Part shown: piece by piece, positions 53,768-64,000 of the stretch | How positions within the stretch are numbered: the stretch's first letter is position 1 | Layout: each line of letters starts with the position of its first letter | Assembly (NCBI GenBank): GCA_964016885.1 | Contig: OZ024752.1 | Span: 11,532,001-11,596,000, forward strand | Direction of reading: 5' to 3' | DNA from: Eledone cirrhosa | Lineage: Eukaryota | DNA: 64,000 nt | Made by a program: the position numbers and the translations under genes | The notes under the pieces: generated by a model | What the model was told of the DNA's origin: nothing | Seen by the model: only the letters and a program-made list of their open reading frames with translations | Databases searched by the model: none

Positions 53768-55321
53768 GGCAGTATCGGTAGAGGGTCGGACACCATGCTT
53801 TGACGCATAGAGTTACGGCCCTTGCCATTCTGAGTTCAAATCCCGCCGAGGTTAACTTTGCCTTTCATCCTTACGGGGTCGATAAAATAAAGTACCAGTA
53901 ATGTACTGGGTAATTGCTGGCCTTGTGCCAATAGTAGAAACAATTATTTCTTACTACCGGTGGTGAATTGGCAGTATCGGTAGAGGGTCGCACGCCATGC
54001 TTTGCAGAACAGTTACGTCCCTTTACGAACTGAGTTCAAATCTCGCTGAGATTAACTTTGCCTTTCATCCTTACGGGGTCGAGAAAATAAAGTACCAGTA
54101 ATGCACTGGGTAATTGCTAGCCTTGTGCCATAGGTAGAAACAATTATTTCTTACTGGCAGAAAAACCACCCTCTTCTGAAATCAGTAAAGTAATCCATGA
54201 TACATTTAAAAAAGACTGCATTAGGAGAAAATTAGCGACAGAAATATAAACATTATATAAGGATGCACATATATGAACGTGTATATAAGCGATGTAATAA
54301 GTGCTCTGAACGCTAACCGGAAGTGTAGACATTTGAACATTTTAAAAGAAGTGAATTTTAAAATAAGCAATCATTAGGATTGGCAGTATCGGTAGAGGGT
54401 CGGACGCCATGCTTTCCAGCATAGTTACGTCCCTTTACGATCTGAGTTCAAATCCCGCCGAGGTTGACTTTGCCTTTCATCCTTACGGGGTCGATAAAGT
54501 AGAAACAATTATATATAAGAATATTTATGTTTAATCAAAAGCTACGAAATTTAGTACATAAATTATGTAATATTCGTTCATTTGAACGCCATGCTTTGAC
54601 GCATAGAGTTACGGCCCTTGCCATTCTGAGTTCAAATCCCGCCGAGGTTAACTTTGCCTTTCATCCTTACGGGGTCGATAAAATAAAGTACCAGTAATAC
54701 ACTGGGCAATTGCTGGCCTTGTGCCAAAAGTAGAAACAATTATTTATTCAAATTAATCCAACTTATTTTACTAACGGGATAAAAAATATATTCAGGACAC
54801 TCCTCTCTTTATTATATTATGATTTAGGGCAGTGGATTGGCAGTATCGGTAGAGGGTCGGACGCCATGCTTTCCAGCATAGTTACGTCCCTTTACGATCT
54901 GAGTTCAAATCCCGCCGAGGTTGACTTTGTCTTTCATCCTTACGGGGTCGATAAAATAAAGTACCAGTAATGTACTGGGTAATTGCTGGCCTTGTGCCTA
55001 AGGTAGAAACAATTATATTATGATTTAGGTCTAAGGTCTCACTATCACGAGTGGAAGGAGGAACTAGTCGATCGTATCGACCAGTACATATTTTATCGAT
55101 TGCAAAATGACGAGGTCGTCAATAATGATTTCTAGTATAGGTACAAGGCCTGTAATTTGTGGGGAGGTGAAAGTCGATTAAATCGACCCCAGTGCATTAC
55201 TGGTACTTTATTTTATTGACCCCGTAAGGATGAAAGGCAAAGTTAACCTCGGCGGGATTTGAACTCAGACCGTAAAGGACCGCACTCTATGCTGCAAAGC
55301 ATGGTGCTCGACTCTCTAATA
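53768..55321. mobile_element. Cluster of six SINE S1 copies
   Basis: Approx. 53768(+), 53960(+), 54377(+), 54586(+), 54827(+), 55124(-). Confidence 0.9.
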
Positions 55322-55481
55322 ATACTGCCAGCCCACCGCCCTTGAGGACGTCAATAATACAATGGCAATTGTTTGCCACAAATACAACGTCCTCTCCATT
55401 CTTGTCATTCTCTCTTATCTTCCAAATATTGTCAATCAATATATCTTAACGCCACCCTCTGCCTCATAGAATGCCAGCTAA

Positions 55482-56780
<1,299 letters not shown>

Positions 56781-56983
56781 TAAACTTTCTTCATAGACCA
56801 ATATTTCCTGTAACTTAAGACATTCAGTGCTCACATTTGCTAATTATTTTCGTCAAACTTTTACCTTTCAAACGCCATCTTTTATTTTATTTTACTCACA
56901 TTTTCTTTGTTCCGTTATATTTCTACATCAATTACTCCACAGTCGCGGTGTCTCACATTTGAAACCTATTTTACTGCCTGAGA

Positions 56984-59900
56984 CACTACCATCTAACACT
57001 ACCAGCTAACACTACCAGCTAACACTACCAGCTAACACTACCAGCTAACACTACCAGCTAACACTACCATCTAACACTACCATCTAACACTACCAGCTAA
57101 CACTACCAGCTAACACTACCAGCTAACACTACCAGCTAACACTACCATCTAACACTACCATCTAACACTACCATCTAACACTACCATCTAACACTACCAG
57201 CTAACACTACCAGCTAACACTACCATCTAACACTACCATCTAACACTACCAGCTAACACTACCAGCTAACACTACCATCTAACACTACCATCTAACACTA
57301 CCATCTAACACTACCATCTAACACTACCATCTAACACTACCATCTAACACTACCATCTAACACTACCATCTAACACTACCAGCTAACACTACCATCTAAC
57401 ACTACCATCTAACACTACCAGCTAACACTACCAGCTAACATTACCATCTAACACTACCAGCTAACATTACCAGCTAACACTACCAGCTAACACTACCATC
57501 TAACACTACCAGCTAACACTACCATCTAACACTACCATCTAACACTACCATCTAACACTACCATCTAACACTACCATCTAACACTACCAGCTAACACTAC
57601 CAGCTAACACTACCAGCTAACACTACCATCTAACACTACCAGCTAACACTACCATCTAACACTACCATCTAACACTACCATCTAACACTACCATCTAACA
57701 CTACCATCTAACACTACCAGCTAACACTACCAGCTAACACTACCATCTAACACTACCATCTAACACTACCAGCTAACACTACCATCTAACACTACCAGCT
57801 AACACTACCAGCTAACACTACCATCTAACACTACCAGCTAACACTACCAGCTAACACTACCAGCTAACACTACAATCTAACACTACCATCTAACACTACC
57901 AGCTAACACTACCAGCTAACATTACCATCTAACACTACCAGCTAACACTACCATCTAACACTACCAGCTAACACTACCAGCTAACACTACCAGCTAACAC
58001 TACCATCTAACACTACCAGCTAACACTACCATCTAACACTACCATCTAACACTACCAGCTAACACTACCAGCTAACACTACCATCTAACACTACCATCTA
58101 ACACTACCAGCTAACACTACCAGCTAACATTACCATCTAACACTACCAGCTAACACTACCATCTAACACTACCAGCTAACACTACCAGCTAACACTACCA
58201 TCTAACACTACCATCTAACACTACCAGCTAACACTACCAGCTAACATTACCATCTAACACTACCATCTAACACTACCATCTAACATTACCATCTAACACT
58301 ACCAGCTAACACTACCATCTAACACTACCAGCTAACACTACCAGCTAACACTACCATCTAACACTACCATCTAACACTACCAGCTAACACTACCAGCTAA
58401 CATTACCATCTAACACTACCATCTAACACTACCATCTAACACTACCATCTAACACTACCATCTAACACTACCAGCTAACACTACCAGCTAACACTACCAT
58501 CTAACACTACCATCTAACACTACCAGCTAACACTACCAGCTAACACTACCATCTAACACTACCATCTAACACTACCATCTAACACTACCATCTAACACTA
58601 CCATCTAACACTACCATCTAACACTACCATCTAACACTACCATCTAACACTACCAGCTAACATTACCATCTAACACTACCATCTAACACTACCAGCTAAC
58701 ACTACCAGCTAACACTACCAGCTAACATTACCATCTAACACTACCATCTAACACTACCATCTAACACTACCATCTAACACTACCATCTAACACTACCAGC
58801 TAACACTACCAGCTAACACTACCAGCTAACACTACCATCTAACACTACCAGCTAACACTACCATCTAACACTACCATCTAACACTACCATCTAACACTAC
58901 CATCTAACACTACCATCTAACACTACCAGCTAACACTACCAGCTAACACTACCATCTAACACTACCATCTAACACTACCATCTAACACTACCATCTAACA
59001 CTACCATCTAACACTACCATCTAACACTACCATCTAACACTACCAGCTAACACTACCATCTAACACTACCAGCTAACACTACCATCTAACACTACCAGCT
59101 AACACTACCATCTAACACTACCAGCTAACACTACCATCTAACACTACCAGCTAACACTACCATCTAACACTACCAGCTAACACTACCATCTAACACTACC
59201 ATCTAACACTACCATCTAACACTACCAGCTAACACTACCATCTAACACTACCAGCTAACACTACCAGCTAACACTACCATCTAACACTACCATCTAACAC
59301 TAACATCTAACACTACCAGCTAACACTACCAGCTAACACTACCATCTAACACTACCAGCTAACACTACCATCTAACACTACCATCTAACACTACCATCTA
59401 ACACTACCATCTAACACTACCAGCTAACACTACCATCTAACACTACCAGCTAACACTACCAGCTAACACTACCAGCTAACACTACCATCTAACACTACCA
59501 GCTAACACTACCATATAACACTACCATCTAACACTACCAGCTAACACTACCATCTAACACTACCATCTAACACTACCAGCTAACACTACCATCTAACACT
59601 ACCAGCTAACACTACCAGCTAACACTACCAGCTAACACTACCAGCTAACACTACCAGCTAACACTACCATCTAACACTACCATCTAACACTACCAGCTAA
59701 CACTACCATCTAACACTACCATCTAACACTACCAGCTAACACTACCAGCTAACATTACCATCTAACACTACCAGCTAACACTACCAGCTAACATTACCAT
59801 CTAACACTACCAGCTAACACTACCATCTAACACTACCAGCTAACACTACCATCTAACACTACCAGCTAACACTACCATCTAACACTACCATCTAACATTA

Positions 59901-62101
59901 CCATCTAACACTACCATCTAACACTACCATCTAACACGACCATCTAACACTACCAGCTAACACTACCATCTAACACTACCATCTAACACTACCAGCTAAC
60001 ACTACCATCTAACACTACCAACTAACACTACCAGCTAACACTACCAGCTAACACTACCATCTAACACTACCAGCTAACACTACCATCTAACACTACCAAC
60101 TAACACTACCAGCTAACACTACCAGCTAACATTACCATCTAACACTACCAACTAACACTACCAGCTAACACTACCAGCTAACACTACCATCTAACACTAC
60201 CAGCTAACACTACCAGCTAACATTACCATCTAACACTACCAGCTAACACTACCATCTAACACTACCAGCTAACACTACCATCTAACACTACCATCTAACA
60301 CTACCAGCTAACACTACCATCTAACACTACCAGCTAACACTACCATCTAACACTACCATCTAACACTACCAGCTAACACTACCATCTAACACTACCATCT
60401 AACACTACCATCTAACACTACCAGCTAACACTACCATCTAACACTACCAGCTAACACTACCATCTAACACTACCAGCTAACACTACCAGCTAACACTACC
60501 ATCTAACACTACCAGCTAACATTACCATCTAACACTACCATCTAACACTACCATCTAACACTACCAGCTAACACTACCATCTAACACTACCATCTAACAC
60601 TACCAGCTAACATTACCATCTAACACTACCAGCTAACACTACCAGCTAACACTACCAGCTAACACTACCAGCTAACACTACCATCTAACACTACCAGCTA
60701 ACACTACCATCTAACACTACCATCTAACACTACCAGCTAACACTACCAGCTAACATTACCAGCTAACACTACCATCTAACACTACCAGCTAACACTACCA
60801 TCTAACACTACCAGCTAACACTACCATCTAACACTACCAACTAACACTACCAGCTAACACTACCAGCTAACACTACCATCTAACACTACCATCTAACACT
60901 AACATCTAACACTACCAGCTAACACTACCATCTAACACTGCCATCTAACACTACCATCTAACACTACCATCTAACACTACCATCTAACACTACCAGCTAA
61001 CACTACCAGCTAACATTACCAGCTAACACTACCATCTAACACTACCAGCTAACACTACCATCTAATACTACCATCTAACACTACCAGCTAACACTACCAG
61101 CTAACATTACCAGCTAACACTACCAGCTAACACTACCAGCTAACACTACCATCTAACACTACCAGCTAACACTACCATCTAATACTACCATCTAACACTA
61201 CCATCTAACACTACCATCTAACACTACCATCTAACACTACCATCTAACACTACCAGCTAACACTACCATCTAACACTACCAGCTAACACTACCAGCTAAC
61301 ACTACCAGCTAACACTACCAGCTAACACTACCATCTAACACTACCAGCTAACACTACCAGCTAACACTACCAGCTAACACTACCAGCTAACATTACCATC
61401 TAACACTAACATCTAACACTACCAGCTAATACTACCAGCTAACACTACCAACTAACGCTACCATCTAACACTACCATCTAACACTACCAGCTAACATTAC
61501 CATCTAACACTAACATCTAACACTACCAGCTAATACTACCAGCTAACATTACCATCTAACACTACCAGCTAACACTACCATCTAACACTACCATCTAACA
61601 CTACCAGCTAACACTACCAGCTAACACTACCATCTAACACTACCATCTAACACTACCAGCTAACACTACCATCTAACACTACCAGCTAACATTACCATCT
61701 AACACTAACATCTAACACTACCATCTAACACTACCATCTAACACTACCATCTAACACTACCATCTAACACTACCAGCTAACACTACCATCTAACACTACC
61801 AGCTAACACTACCATCTAACACTACCATCTAACACTACCATCTAACACTACCAGCTAACACTACCATCTAACACTACCATCTCACACTACCAGCTAACAC
61901 TACCATCTAACACTACCAGCTAACACTACCAGCTAACACTACCAGCTAACACTACCATCTAACACTACCATCTAACACTACCAGCTAACACTACCATCTA
62001 ACACTACCATCTCACACTACCAGCTAACACTACCATCTAACACTACCAGCTAACACTACCATCTAACACTACCATCTAACACTACCAGCTAACACTACCA
62101 G
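56984..62101 (+). repeat. 13-bp satellite CTAACACTACCA(T/G), roughly 390 units
   Basis: Direct observation. Confidence 0.98.
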
Positions 62102-62189
62102 GATTGTAAATTACTGCAGACATCAGACTAATAATTGTAATGCATTTATAGCCAATTTCAAGCCTGAGCAGTGCCGAATAATCTTTTAG

Positions 62190-62221
<32 letters not shown>

Positions 62222-62312
62222 TATGTATGTATGTATATGCTATTTCAAGCGTTAACCTAATATATTCCTTCCATATACTGTACCGATTGTGTTGTTATTT
62301 CTGTTTACCTTT

Positions 62313-62451
<139 letters not shown>

Positions 62452-62760
62452 ATGTAAGTTGATATATACATATGTGTGTATATTCATGTATATACTAGAA
62501 ATATATATATATATACTAGTATATGTATATATATATACTGGTATATGTATATACTAGAAGTATATGTATATACTAGAAGTAAAAGTAGGATAGAAAAAGA
62601 AAGGGAGAATTCCCAAAACAGATAATGATGAGAAAGAGGTGGAAAGGAAGAACGAAGCATATACGAGTTAGCAGGTTCTATAAAAATACTTTTACTGTGA
62701 AATTAATGAAGAAGAAAATGACAACCGCTATATATATTTTTTTCTTATCTATTTATATAG

Positions 62761-62860
62761 GTTTTGCTTACAAGACCGGAAGGTAGTTCTGTCATTAATG
62801 GCAGAGCTGTTGAGAAAATTCTGAAAATAAAAACAAAACAAGAAAAGAACTTTGTTTCAG
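62761..62860 (+). CDS. Candidate 100-nt internal exon of an unidentified host gene
   Basis: Pyrimidine tract + tag| acceptor, CAG|gtaat donor, open frame VLLTRPEGSSVINGRAVEKILKIKTKQEKNFVS; no homology recognised. Confidence 0.3.
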
Positions 62861-63084
62861 GTAATCGCAATTTTACTTATTATATGTCACAGTTAGGAAA
62901 GTTGGACATTTCTGTATCGATCAGGAGACAATGCCTTAGACTATTTAGTTATGTTCTCTCTCCAAATGGAGCTGAGATCGATCATGTCTTTTTTATTCCT
63001 TCAGGTTCGATCAAATATAAATATATATCATTGAATATAAAGAGGATTTAATGACTAAATCTCACAGCACCCTCTCCTTAATAT

Positions 63085-63499
63085 GTTTCTCCTCCTTCTC
63101 TCTTTATCTTTTTATCTCTCATTCTTTCCTTTTCTTTCTTCGTCTCTCTGTTTCTTTCTCTCATTCTTTCCTTTTCTTTCTTCGTCACTGTTTCTTTCTC
63201 TCATTCTTTCCTTTTCTTTCTTCGTCTCTTTGTTTCTCTCATTCTTTCCCTTTCTTTCTTTCTCTCTCTTTCTATCCTTTTCTCTCTTATTTCTCTTTTT
63301 CTCTTTTTCTCTTTTTCTCTTTTTCTCTTTTTCTCTTTTTCTCTTTTTCTCTTTTTCTCTTTTTCTCTTTCTCTCTCTATCTCTCTATCTCTCTATCTCT
63401 CTTCTTCTTTCTCTCTCTATCCCTCTTTTTCTCGCTCTTTATCTCTCTCTCTCTCCCTCTTTTTCTCGCTCTTTATCTCTCTCTCCCTATCTTTCTACT

Positions 63500-63569
<70 letters not shown>

Positions 63570-63615
63570 TATCTATCTATCTATCTATTTATCTATCTCT
63601 CTCTCTCTCTCTCAT
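63085..63615 (+). repeat. CT-rich microsatellite/low-complexity tract
   Basis: Direct observation. Confidence 0.9.
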
Positions 63616-63843
63616 ATTGTACCTGTGCTGATGGTAACATCAGAAATCAATATATATCACACTGTGCGTTTTGCAGAAACCAATTTCATTTATTATGACA
63701 GCAAAATAAATCAAAATGAATTTGAAACTCCCGATATGGCTGACTAAGTAATTAAGGTAACTTCTAACTAAAATAGTTAACGAAGATTCCTATTCTATGT
63801 GTATATTTCATATACATCATAGAGGTATAGGTGGCGTTCATTA

Positions 63844-64000
63844 CTGAAGCAAGTACTCGCATCTAAATTTCGTATAACATCACAGAACTAAAGCAGGTAC
63901 TCACATCTAAATTTCATATACATCACATGACTAAAGCAGGTACTCACATCTAAATTTCATATACGTCACATGACTAAAGCAAGTACTCACATCTAAATTT
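63844..64000 (+). repeat. 43-bp tandem repeat running off the window
   Basis: ctaaagc at 63888, 63931, 63974. Confidence 0.85.

Noticed and set aside
54827-55014. tRNA genes
   Set aside because: A/B boxes belong to SINE heads; no cloverleaf, and each continues into SINE body
56984-62101. CRISPR array or telomere
   Set aside because: No unique spacers or cas genes; the unit is not TTAGGG and the array is flanked by ordinary sequence

Overview
AT-rich, microsatellite-dense animal DNA, almost entirely repeat-derived. The SINE and the zinc-finger-bearing RTE LINE suggest an octopus/cephalopod genome (inference). The only credible long coding region is an intact RTE-clade LINE ORF (13090-16635, minus; APE + RT + three C2H2 fingers). 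Around it are RTE fragments, a bipartite non-autonomous RTE derivative, about 25 tRNA-derived SINE copies, hAT/pogo MITEs, Helitron ends, a decayed Penelope-like (PLE) ORF, and a 5 kb 13-bp satellite. The main unexplained signal is RNA-structural. The short islands between (TA)n tracts carry about 30 minimal type-I hammerhead ribozyme motifs of more than 15 sequence families, often in fold-back (inverted) pairs. Four loci carry a hammerhead whose three catalytic strands occur in a NON-circular order (UH strand, then GAAA strand, then CUGANGA strand), with covarying stems and a shared ...GCGNN-GAAA linker. All structures were read by eye; none was folded computationally or tested for activity.
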